Assembly (NCBI GenBank): GCA_037924335.1
Contig: JAXSMZ010000003.1
Location: 32,102-96,101, forward strand
Direction of reading: 5' to 3'
DNA: 64,000 bases
From: Aquificaceae bacterium
GTDB taxonomy: Bacteria > Aquificota > Aquificia > Aquificales > Aquificaceae
The position numbers and the translations under genes were made by a program. The notes under the pieces are model-generated. The model was given only the letters and a program-made list of their open reading frames with translations. It was not told the DNA's origin and did not search any database. Of the stretch, positions 10,626-18,995 are shown in pieces; position 1 is the stretch's first letter, and each line of letters opens with the position of its first letter.

Positions 10626-11171
10626 ATGTCTATCTTAATCTTTCTTATATTTCTCATAACTTCCTGTAGTGCGGAGGATAGAAGCCAAAATCCTACTCTT
10701 GGTATAAACTCCAAGGATGTCCCCTGTAAGGTAGTTCACGTTTCAGACGGTGATACCTTTAAATGTATGCTCTCCTCTGGTGAGGAGATAAAGGTAAGGC
10801 TCATCGGCGTTGATACTCCTGAAAGTCATGTAAACCCAAAGGCAAGAAGGGATTCTCAAAGAAGCGGAATAGACCTGGAAGATATGATCAAGATGGGTCA
10901 AGAGGCATATAGGTTTACAAAAAGTTTGATAGATAAAAAAACAGTCTATTTAGAAACGGATGTTCAACTTACGGATAGATACGGAAGAATTCTGGCATAC
11001 GTGTGGTTGGATAGGGAAAGGATGCTCAACGAGGTGCTTGTAAGAGAAGGTTACGCTCAGGTTTACACCATTCCTCCAAACGTTAAGTATCAAGAGAGAT
11101 TTCTAAAGGCACAGAGAATGGCAAGTGAGGAAGGAAAAGGCTTTTGGAAAGGTTGGAAGTACGGCTTTTAA
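10626..11171 (+). CDS. Thermonuclease (SNase) family lipoprotein
   Basis: DGDT, VRLIGVDTPE, DRYGRILAY, NE.LV.EG.A. Confidence 0.92.
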   Translation: MSILIFLIFLITSCSAEDRSQNPTLGINSKDVPCKVVHVSDGDTFKCMLSSGEEIKVRLIGVDTPESHVNPKARRDSQRSGIDLEDMIKMGQEAYRFTKSLIDKKTVYLETDVQLTDRYGRILAYVWLDRERMLNEVLVREGYAQVYTIPPNVKYQERFLKAQRMASEEGKGFWKGWKYGF

Positions 11172-12496
11172 AAGGTTATCTCTCTCATGATCTCTTCTGG
11201 AACTCCCACGTTATCCCTGAGCTGTCCATTTCCAAAGATTATGAACTTCTCTATGGTCAACTCCTCTAAAGCCATTGGACCCCTTGCGTGTATCTTATCT
11301 GTAGATATACCCATCTCTGCTCCCATTCCAAACTCGTTGCCATCTGTAAACCTTGTGGACGCGTTAACATACACAGCTGCTGAATCTACCTCTGTCAAAA
11401 ACTTCATAGCCCTTGTGTAGTTCTCTGTAATTATGGCATCAGAATGCTTGGAACCATATTTTTCTATAAAATCTATAGCCTCTTCTATGTCATTAACTAC
11501 TTTTACAGCAAGTATGAGGTCCAAAAACTCCTCGTAGTAATCCTCCTCTTCTGCTGGCACAGCTTTAACAAAAGAAAGCTTTTGGTTGGACTTTATCACT
11601 TCTAAACTCTCATCATCGCACCTTAACTCCACTCCTGCCTTTCCAAGTATGTAGGCCATCTTTGGAAAAAACTCTTTCAAGGTCTTTCTGTTTATAAGAA
11701 GGTTCTCCACCGCATTGCACACAGATGGTCTTTGAACTTTAGCGTTGTAAACTATGTGATAGGCTTTCTGTAAGTCTGCCTCATCATCCACGTATATGTT
11801 GCAGACTCCTTTGTAGTGCTTTATCACTGGCACCTTTGCATTTTCGGAGACAGCCCTTATTAGGCTCTCACCCCCTCTCGGTATAGCAACGTCTACCTTG
11901 CCCTCCATCTGCAGAAGCTCCCAGACTATCTCCCTCTCTGGCCTGTCTATGAACTGAATGGCATCCTCTGGGAAGCTTGTCTGTCTTGCTGCCTCTCTTA
12001 GTATCTCCACAAGGATCCTGTTAGAGTTTATGGCTTCCTTTCCACCCCTTAAAATTATGGAGTTGGATGACTTCATGCATAGGGATGCAGCCTCAACTGT
12101 CACATTGGGTCTAGATTCGTATACGATGAAAACAACCCCTAAGGGAACCCTCATCCTTCCTACTTTCAGGCCGTTTGGTAATGTCCACATCCTTGTTATC
12201 TCGCCAACTGGGTCTTTAAGATGAGCCACATCCCTGAGAACCTTCATCATACCGTTTATCCTCTTGTCGTCAAGAAGAAGCCTGTCAATGAGTGCAGAAG
12301 AAAGACCCAAGCTCTTTGCATACTCAATGTCCTTTGCGTTCTCCTCCTTTATTAGCTCCCTTTTTTTGTCCATAAGCTCAGCAGCTAAGAGAAGGGTTTT
12401 GTTTTTTGTATCCGTCTTTAAAGATATAAGACTGCGCAGTACCTTTCTTGCTTTTTCTACCTTTTCTTCAGCATAGCTAAGAGTTTTCGAACTCAT
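11168..12496 (-). CDS. proA: Gamma-glutamyl phosphate reductase
   Basis: YESRPNVT, LRGGKEA, SVCNA, NASTRFTDG, STDKIHARGP. Confidence 0.97.
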   Translation of the reverse strand: MSSKTLSYAEEKVEKARKVLRSLISLKTDTKNKTLLLAAELMDKKRELIKEENAKDIEYAKSLGLSSALIDRLLLDDKRINGMMKVLRDVAHLKDPVGEITRMWTLPNGLKVGRMRVPLGVVFIVYESRPNVTVEAASLCMKSSNSIILRGGKEAINSNRILVEILREAARQTSFPEDAIQFIDRPEREIVWELLQMEGKVDVAIPRGGESLIRAVSENAKVPVIKHYKGVCNIYVDDEADLQKAYHIVYNAKVQRPSVCNAVENLLINRKTLKEFFPKMAYILGKAGVELRCDDESLEVIKSNQKLSFVKAVPAEEEDYYEEFLDLILAVKVVNDIEEAIDFIEKYGSKHSDAIITENYTRAMKFLTEVDSAAVYVNASTRFTDGNEFGMGAEMGISTDKIHARGPMALEELTIEKFIIFGNGQLRDNVGVPEEIMREITF

Positions 12497-12544
12497 GTTG
12501 AAGATTTTACCCCTTACTTATTTTTCAGTCAACTTGATTGAATT

Positions 12545-13501
12545 CTATTTCCTTTTTGAATAAGTACCATAGGATAACGTGGCTTGCACGCCCAAGATTT
12601 CTGGGTCAAAGGGTAGGTATGTTCTTTTTGACTTGGAAAGACCGTCGATATGTATGCTTGATTTACTCGTAAAAGCGTTCCTTCCTACTATAGGTTTGTT
12701 AGGTTCAAGTTCAAGCCCCTTATTTATAACATAGTCTATCATCTGACGAAGTCCCATTATATCTATACCTGTGTGTATCTTCTGTACAACTTCAAGATAG
12801 AGAACAACCTCTTCAGTTGGAGCTATACCACATCTTTCACCCAGCCCCAGTAAAGATGTGTTTATATACTTTGCACCAGAAAGTGCTGCTACCACAGAGT
12901 TTGCTGTAGCCATACCAAAATCGTTGTGAAAATGTACCTCCACATCTATTATGGGTGAAAGTTCTCTAACAAGCTCAACCACCTTTATCGGATTTAAAAC
13001 TCCAACCGTATCAGATAGTCTTATCCTATCTGCGTCCATCTCTTTTATGTGGTCTACAAACTTGAACACAAAGTTTTTATCAGCACGGGATACATCCTCA
13101 AGCCCAACGGACACGTAAAGGCCATGAGTCTTTGCATAGGGTACTAAGTTCTTAGCAAGGCCAAGCACGTATTCCCTTGTCCTTCTTAACTTTTCTTCTA
13201 TCATGATGTCGGATATGGGGAATGCTATCTCTACTTTTTTAACCTTACACTGGATAGCGAGTTCTATATCCTTTTGGTTAGCTCTATTCCAGACGATCAG
13301 CTTTTCTGCATACTGGCTTTCTGCAAGATCCTTTATGTATTCCCTCTCTTCTTCGCTGTAAGCAGGAACACCAGCTTCTATTTCCTCCAAACCAATTAGA
13401 GCCAAGAAGAAGAATATATCTTTTCTCTCTTGATAAGAGAGTTCAAAACTTGCCGACTGAATACCCTCTCTTAAGGTAGTATCCGTTATAAATACCCTCA
13501 T
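12545..13501 (-). CDS. Homocitrate synthase/NifV-like DRE-TIM metallolyase, short and divergent
   Basis: DTTLREGIQ, EAGVP, SDTVG, HFHNDFGMATAN, GLGERCG; 318 aa, no regulatory domain. Confidence 0.75.
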   Translation of the reverse strand: MRVFITDTTLREGIQSASFELSYQERKDIFFFLALIGLEEIEAGVPAYSEEEREYIKDLAESQYAEKLIVWNRANQKDIELAIQCKVKKVEIAFPISDIMIEEKLRRTREYVLGLAKNLVPYAKTHGLYVSVGLEDVSRADKNFVFKFVDHIKEMDADRIRLSDTVGVLNPIKVVELVRELSPIIDVEVHFHNDFGMATANSVVAALSGAKYINTSLLGLGERCGIAPTEEVVLYLEVVQKIHTGIDIMGLRQMIDYVINKGLELEPNKPIVGRNAFTSKSSIHIDGLSKSKRTYLPFDPEILGVQATLSYGTYSKRK

Positions 13502-14595
13502 ACCATGCTCCCTATTTTTTCTAAAACATCCCTTAGAGTGTTAAGGAATGTTTTTATATCCCCTATGGATGTAAGAGGTGGTACTCTTATGAAGAGAAGG
13601 TCTTCAAAACCACACTTCTCCTTTATCCTACCCTTTACCCTGTTTACCATGCAGGGAGATGGATAGCTCAAAAAATAACCCTTCTTTTCCATGAAGGATA
13701 TTAGCATTTCTGCCTCCATGTCCTTTAAACCATAAGAAAAAAGGCCAGGAGCCTTCCAACCTTCTTTAAAGACTGGAGGAAGAGATAGATTTTCCATAAT
13801 GTATCTGTCGCAAAGGTTGAGGCTTTTCTTCACAGCCTCCTCTCTTTCCATCAAAAGTGCTATAGATTTGGATAGTGAGAATGTCCCAAAGAGATTTTCC
13901 TCTCCAGCTCTTAATCCCCTCTCCTGAACCCCCCCTTCTATCAGAGGCTTGACCCTTACATTTTTTCTCACGTAAAGAACACCTACTCCCTGAGGTCCAA
14001 GCAGGAATGGTCCATCCAAGCTTGCCATATCAAGATCCCTCAAGTCAATCTGGCTGGTGGGATAATAAAGTCCCCACAGATCAAAGTGGCAAAGGGTGTT
14101 CGGATTTGCTCCTTTAACTGCCTTTGTAATTCCATTTACATCCCTCAACGTCGCCGTTTCTCTGCACACTGCCCCCATGGTGACCAACAACGTATCTTCA
14201 GTGACAGCATCTTTTACACGCTCTGGGTCTATGAAACCTGTTTTGTCTGTCCCTAAGTAAACTATCCTTAAGCCTTGTTTTTCTGATAGAGTTTTTAAAG
14301 GGTGTAGGATGGAGGGGTGTTCAAAATCGGTGGTAATTATGCTACCCCTTTTGTTCCACACAGCACCTTTTATAGCAAGGTTGTTGCTTTCCGTAGAGCT
14401 TGATGTAAAAATTATTTCAGAGTTAGCACATTTAAGGAATTCTGCCACAACTGCCCTTGACCTTACAAGCATCTCCTTTGATTTTGTGGATAATGTGTTT
14501 AGTCCAGAAGGGTTTATAAAAAAGTAGGGTAGATTATTGTAAACTTCTCTAAAGACCTCTGGAAAAGGAAAGGAGGAGTATGGTTCATAGATCAT
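13498..14595 (-). CDS. NifS/IscS-like fold-type I protein lacking the PLP lysine
   Basis: IIFTSSSTESNN, EHPS, GPQGVGVLY, GGVQERGLRAG retained; SxHK replaced by DGPF; late Cys in SPCM. Confidence 0.75.
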   Translation of the reverse strand: MIYEPYSSFPFPEVFREVYNNLPYFFINPSGLNTLSTKSKEMLVRSRAVVAEFLKCANSEIIFTSSSTESNNLAIKGAVWNKRGSIITTDFEHPSILHPLKTLSEKQGLRIVYLGTDKTGFIDPERVKDAVTEDTLLVTMGAVCRETATLRDVNGITKAVKGANPNTLCHFDLWGLYYPTSQIDLRDLDMASLDGPFLLGPQGVGVLYVRKNVRVKPLIEGGVQERGLRAGEENLFGTFSLSKSIALLMEREEAVKKSLNLCDRYIMENLSLPPVFKEGWKAPGLFSYGLKDMEAEMLISFMEKKGYFLSYPSPCMVNRVKGRIKEKCGFEDLLFIRVPPLTSIGDIKTFLNTLRDVLEKIGSMV

Positions 14596-16381
14596 GCATA
14601 AACTCCTCTAAGGAAAGCCTGACAAGCGTCTCTTTTGTTGGCTTACCTTCCTTATCCCAGCCAAAGGCATTGTAAAACTCCTTTATCATAGACACAAGTT
14701 CCTCTTCTGTAGTTCTGTACCCCATCTCTGTACATTCTTTCTTTATCCTATCGGGCAACGTGTCATCCTTTCTGGAGAAGCCCTCTTTCACATTGAAAAG
14801 TCTTTCGAGTGTATAGATCCTTTCTCCTATCTTGTAAAGCTCGTCCATGGAGATTTCCCAATCCATTAGGGCGTTAACCATATTCAGTATCTCCTCATTG
14901 AGCACGTACCCCACAACCCTTTCCGCACTAAGACAGTAGATGATGCTGTTGACCACACATGTCCAAACAGCAAGGTCCTTACCCATTTTTCCTTTACCCT
15001 CTGGCTTTCCTAAGGGTACTATGTTATTCTCTTCCATTCCAGGCCTTATATCGCAATGGACTGGTCCCCTGTTGGAAACAGCGTAACCAAGAGCCTGAGT
15101 CTTTACAGCCCTTGGAGAATGTCCTGCTATCTCCGTACCTTTGACTGTCAAAAGAAAGGACTCTCCTATACCAAGGAACTTAGAGGCCCTCTGAGAGCCT
15201 TCCGCAAGCACATTACCTATACCTTCCCTAAAAGCTATCTTCTTTAATAGTTTTTTGACAGCCTCAGTGTTGCCAAAATTAAGCTCAAGTCCATCCAAAC
15301 TTTCCCTACTTATGAGCCCCTTCTCATAACACTCCATAATCCATGCTACCACTCCACCGGTCTGTATCTGCCCAAGCCCAAGCTCGTCTGTCAGCCTATC
15401 CAAGCTTATCAGCTCATCCAAATCCCAGTTTCCAATGGCTGTTCCCATAGAAAAAATACCCTCATACTCCGGACCAACTGTGAAGGTATCTTTACTCACA
15501 GAGTATTTTCCACAGGGAACTATGCATCCAAAACAGGAAATATCCTTTATCACCTTACTCCTCAACGATTCTCCGCTGATCTTTTCTGCAAAGGGGAAGG
15601 TCTCCCTTTGCCAGTTGTATGAGGGCAGAGCTCCAATGTGCTGAAGATGCATAACCCCTGCAGCCGTTCCAAACATCACAAGATTCTTAACTCCAGGATG
15701 TTTATGGACTTTTTCCTCAAAGCCTTTTATAAAGTCAATGAGTTTATCAGGATTACGAGGTTTTAATAACCTTTCCCCTCTTACTGTGATAGCCTTTACT
15801 CTTTTTGAACCGAGGACAGCACCAATACCACCGGTGCCCACAGCTCTTAGGTCTGATATAACGCAGGCATACTTTACAAGATTTTCACCAGCTGGACCGA
15901 TAACGAGAGTTTTCACATCCTCTCCATACTTTTCCTTTAGCTTTTTTTGAGCAATACTCGTGTAGGAACCCTTTAGTTCCTCTGTCTTGTTGAAGTAAAC
16001 CTTATCGTTCTCTATGTGTATATGTGTCCAATCATGGCAAGATCCGGTGAGTATAATACCATCCCACCCGGCAAACTTTATTTCCTGTCCAAACTCACCC
16101 CCGCAGAAGCCTTTGGTAAAGCCCAGCGTCTGGGGAGATTTGGTAAACATAGCAAGTTTTGAAGCCATCGGTAAAAGGGTACCGTTTGCTGGGCCTGTGT
16201 TGATTATCACAGGATTATCCTCTGAAAGAGGGTCAGAACCTCTTTTTGTAAACTTGTAAAGAAGGTATACACCTAAGCCGTTTCCTCCTAAGTACTTCTC
16301 TACAAGCCCTTCAGGTACTTCGTAAACATCGTACTTCCTTTCTGTAAGGTCTATTAGAAGATACCTTCCCCACCAACTCAT
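14585..16381 (-). CDS. Aldehyde:ferredoxin oxidoreductase (AOR/WOR) family protein
   Basis: YLGGNGLG, KSPQT, IGPAGEN, GAVLGSK, CFGCIVPC, GPEYE, ERLFN.KEG, DTLP.R; start at ATG overlapping ferredoxin stop. Confidence 0.92.
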   Translation of the reverse strand: MSWWGRYLLIDLTERKYDVYEVPEGLVEKYLGGNGLGVYLLYKFTKRGSDPLSEDNPVIINTGPANGTLLPMASKLAMFTKSPQTLGFTKGFCGGEFGQEIKFAGWDGIILTGSCHDWTHIHIENDKVYFNKTEELKGSYTSIAQKKLKEKYGEDVKTLVIGPAGENLVKYACVISDLRAVGTGGIGAVLGSKRVKAITVRGERLLKPRNPDKLIDFIKGFEEKVHKHPGVKNLVMFGTAAGVMHLQHIGALPSYNWQRETFPFAEKISGESLRSKVIKDISCFGCIVPCGKYSVSKDTFTVGPEYEGIFSMGTAIGNWDLDELISLDRLTDELGLGQIQTGGVVAWIMECYEKGLISRESLDGLELNFGNTEAVKKLLKKIAFREGIGNVLAEGSQRASKFLGIGESFLLTVKGTEIAGHSPRAVKTQALGYAVSNRGPVHCDIRPGMEENNIVPLGKPEGKGKMGKDLAVWTCVVNSIIYCLSAERVVGYVLNEEILNMVNALMDWEISMDELYKIGERIYTLERLFNVKEGFSRKDDTLPDRIKKECTEMGYRTTEEELVSMIKEFYNAFGWDKEGKPTKETLVRLSLEEFMHDL

Positions 16382-16599
16382 GACACAAACTCCAAAGCAT
16401 TTAGAAGACAAAAATCAATACAGTACAATTCCTGACAATCTTCACAATAGCCTAACCTGTATGCGATGGGTTTATTCCCTATGTCCGTTTTTATTTCAAT
16501 GGAGGAGTACCTTGGATTAAAACCTCCCTTTTTATAAAAGGAACAGGCCAACATGCACCTTTTGCATCCTGAACAAAGGTCTAAGTTTAACCTTATCAT
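16378..16599 (-). CDS. Small [4Fe-4S] ferredoxin (AOR-associated)
   Basis: CSGCKRCMLAC and CEDC....C...C. Confidence 0.85.
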   Translation of the reverse strand: MIRLNLDLCSGCKRCMLACSFYKKGGFNPRYSSIEIKTDIGNKPIAYRLGYCEDCQELYCIDFCLLNALEFVS

Positions 16600-16600
16600 C

Positions 16601-16855
16601 TTAGCCTCCTGCAGTTGGAAGTGTTATCACAAGCTCGTCATCTTCCTTCACCACCTCCGTGTCCTTACAAACCAGTCTACCGTTTAGTATTAGAAGTATG
16701 CCCTCCCACAACTGGCCTCCGCTGTAAAGGAGTGCATCCATACCCTTTAAGTTTGAAACCCTGTCAAGCACATCCTTTATGTTTTTAACGTTTTCTATTT
16801 CAATGACCTCCTTTCCAGCAACATACCCAAGGTAGCCCAACAGTTTCACCCTCAT
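16601..16855 (-). CDS. MoaD/ThiS-family sulfur carrier
   Basis: MRVKLLG, ILNGR, C-terminal AGG; start placed at second ATG, downstream of the predicted sigma54 start site. Confidence 0.85.
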   Translation of the reverse strand: MRVKLLGYLGYVAGKEVIEIENVKNIKDVLDRVSNLKGMDALLYSGGQLWEGILLILNGRLVCKDTEVVKEDDELVITLPTAGG

Positions 16856-16869
16856 CCTAGACATTATTG

Positions 16870-16886
16870 TGCAAAGAATATGCCAG
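16870..16886 (-). promoter_or_regulatory. Sigma54 -24/-12 promoter for moaD-fd-aor-nifS-like-nifV-like operon
   Basis: Minus strand CTGGCATATTCTTTGCA: GG-N10-GC. Confidence 0.85.
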
Positions 16887-16903
16887 GTTTTTATTATGTT
16901 TTT

Positions 16904-16941
16904 TGTAAACTTTGTTACAAAAAAATGTAAGAAAAATTACA
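16904..16941. promoter_or_regulatory. Two tandem NifA-type upstream activator sequences
   Basis: TGT-AAACTTTGTT-ACA (16904-16919) and TGT-AAGAAAAATT-ACA (16926-16941), both TGT-N10-ACA. Confidence 0.8.
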
Positions 16942-16957
16942 AAACCTTTTTATTCCA

Positions 16958-16974
16958 TTGGTACAGATGTTGCA
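16958..16974 (+). promoter_or_regulatory. Sigma54 -24/-12 promoter for nifA-like gene
   Basis: TTGGTACAGATGTTGCA: GG-N10-GC. Confidence 0.75.
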
Positions 16975-16988
16975 TATATTATTTTAGG

Positions 16989-18551
16989 ATGGATATGGAG
17001 ATTTTAAAGAGGTTTATGAGTGCTGAACTTCAACTACTTTATAACTTATCAAAAAAACTCACCACAATGAATTTAAACCCTGGGCAGTTAATGAAAGACT
17101 TAGTATATATGCTTGGTGAGTTAGAAGGTGTTAGGAGGGTGGCCCTTTACGTTGCCAATACAGATACATCTAGCGTATCTTTGGTTTCGAGCATTGGTGT
17201 GAATGAGAGCAACGTAACGCTTGATAAGGAAGAAGGTGTGGTAGGCTTTATATTTGGAAAGGGCTATCCTGTTGTTATTAAGAATCTTATGGAAGAGCCA
17301 CTTTTCTTAAACAAGATCAAGAGAGAAAGGCTAAACGATGTAAGCTTCATAGGTGTTCCAATTAGGTACAACGACAAGATCGTAGGCGTTATAACAGTTG
17401 ATATAAACAAGGGATTTATCGCAACGGCATACTTAGCAGACCTACTTCTCATGATAGCGAACCTTATAGGGAATTATATATACACTTACATGAAGCTAAA
17501 CGAGAGGGAGAGTGTCCTTAAAGAAGAGATAGCGACGCTTAAGAGAGAGTTTATAAAAAAGTTTAAGGTTGAAGGGTTCATAGGCGTAAGTAGGGCTTAT
17601 CAAAGCATCGTAAAACAGGTTTTGAAGATAGCTGAATTGGACGTTACCGTGATGATAAGGGGGGAATCTGGAACAGGCAAGACTACACTTGCCAAAGCTA
17701 TCCATTACTTTTCTAAAAGGAAAAACCGCCCCTTTGTTGAGATTAACTGTTCAGCGATTCCCACAGAATTACTCGAAGCAGAGCTTTTCGGTTATGAAAA
17801 GGGTGCATTCACCGGTGCTTACACCACAAAGATAGGCAAGCTTGAGGCAGCAAATGGGGGAACTATATTCTTTGATGAGATAGGAGACTTAAGCCTTACC
17901 ATTCAGGCAAAGCTTTTAAGGTTTATGCAGACAAAGGAATTTGAGAGGCTTGGTAGCACAAAAACGCAGAGGTCTGATGTCAGGATCATAGTTGCAACGA
18001 ATAAAAACCTTGAAAATATGGTAGCAAAGGGAGCGTTCAGAGAAGACCTATATTATAGGATAGCTATCTACCCCATATATATTCCGCCTTTAAGAGAGAG
18101 GAAGGAGGACATCCCCGTTTTAGTTCAGCATTACCTAACCCAGCTCGGCAGTATGATAGGTAGAAAGTTAAAGGTTGAAGAGAGCACATTGAAGGCGATA
18201 ACATCCTGTGATTTTCCAGGTAATGTAAGGGAACTGATCAACTGTCTGACAAGAGCCGCCATATCATCCAACACGGACCTTATAAAGATGAGCGACCTAT
18301 CGTGCATAGGTACAGGTGTATGTTTTTCTCATATTAAGAAGGAGGATACTGAAAAAGAGAATACGCAGGTGGGAATAAAAGGACAAAAAGATCCCACTGT
18401 TTATGTGCCAAAAGATGAAAGGTCCATGATCATAGAGACTCTCGAGAAGGTTGGTTATGTTCAAGCAAAAGCGGCAAGATTGCTTGGTATGACAGTTAGA
18501 CAGCTCAATTACAGATTGAAGAAGTACAATATACCCATAAAGAAGATTTGA
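16989..18551 (+). CDS. NifA-like sigma54-dependent activator (GAF-AAA+-Fis HTH)
   Basis: GAF domain, GESGTGKT, GAFTGA, FFDEIG, FREDLYYR, C-x11-C-x19-C-x5-C, VQAKAARLLGMTVRQL. Confidence 0.9.
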   Translation: MDMEILKRFMSAELQLLYNLSKKLTTMNLNPGQLMKDLVYMLGELEGVRRVALYVANTDTSSVSLVSSIGVNESNVTLDKEEGVVGFIFGKGYPVVIKNLMEEPLFLNKIKRERLNDVSFIGVPIRYNDKIVGVITVDINKGFIATAYLADLLLMIANLIGNYIYTYMKLNERESVLKEEIATLKREFIKKFKVEGFIGVSRAYQSIVKQVLKIAELDVTVMIRGESGTGKTTLAKAIHYFSKRKNRPFVEINCSAIPTELLEAELFGYEKGAFTGAYTTKIGKLEAANGGTIFFDEIGDLSLTIQAKLLRFMQTKEFERLGSTKTQRSDVRIIVATNKNLENMVAKGAFREDLYYRIAIYPIYIPPLRERKEDIPVLVQHYLTQLGSMIGRKLKVEESTLKAITSCDFPGNVRELINCLTRAAISSNTDLIKMSDLSCIGTGVCFSHIKKEDTEKENTQVGIKGQKDPTVYVPKDERSMIIETLEKVGYVQAKAARLLGMTVRQLNYRLKKYNIPIKKI

Positions 18552-18564
18552 GCTTATAATCTTC

Positions 18565-18777
18565 TTGATGGATAAGGTCAGATGCTTGATCGTAGACCTT
18601 GAAGGTACTACAAAGGAGATAACAGAGAAGTTAAACGAAGCAATTTCTGGCATTGAAATGGAGGGTGGTAGAATAGTTGATATAAAGATAACTCACGCAA
18701 GGGAGCATGGTATAGACGGTTTTGTGGTTGTCTATACGATCGCTTACACGATCTCCAAGGAGGTTCTGGAGGAATGA
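18565..18777 (+). CDS. Small hypothetical protein
   Basis: 70-aa ORF coupled to next gene by ATGA overlap. Confidence 0.6.
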   Translation: MMDKVRCLIVDLEGTTKEITEKLNEAISGIEMEGGRIVDIKITHAREHGIDGFVVVYTIAYTISKEVLEE

Positions 18778-18995
18778 TGATAGAAGTTAGGGCAAAGCCA
18801 GGCTCAAAAGATGAGTATGTAAAAAAGTTGTCGGATGAGGTTTATGAGGTGGCAGTGAAAGAACCTGCAGAAAAGGGAAGGGCGAACAACAGAATAGTAG
18901 AGCTCCTAGGTGAGCATTTTGGAGTTCCTAAGAGCAGAGTAGTGCTTATAAGAGGTAAAACATCTAAGATAAAGCTTTTTCAAGTAGAGATATAA
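18774..18995 (+). CDS. DUF167/UPF0235 (YggU-like) protein
   Basis: V.AKP, PAEKGRAN, G.TSKIK. Confidence 0.88.
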   Translation: MMIEVRAKPGSKDEYVKKLSDEVYEVAVKEPAEKGRANNRIVELLGEHFGVPKSRVVLIRGKTSKIKLFQVEI

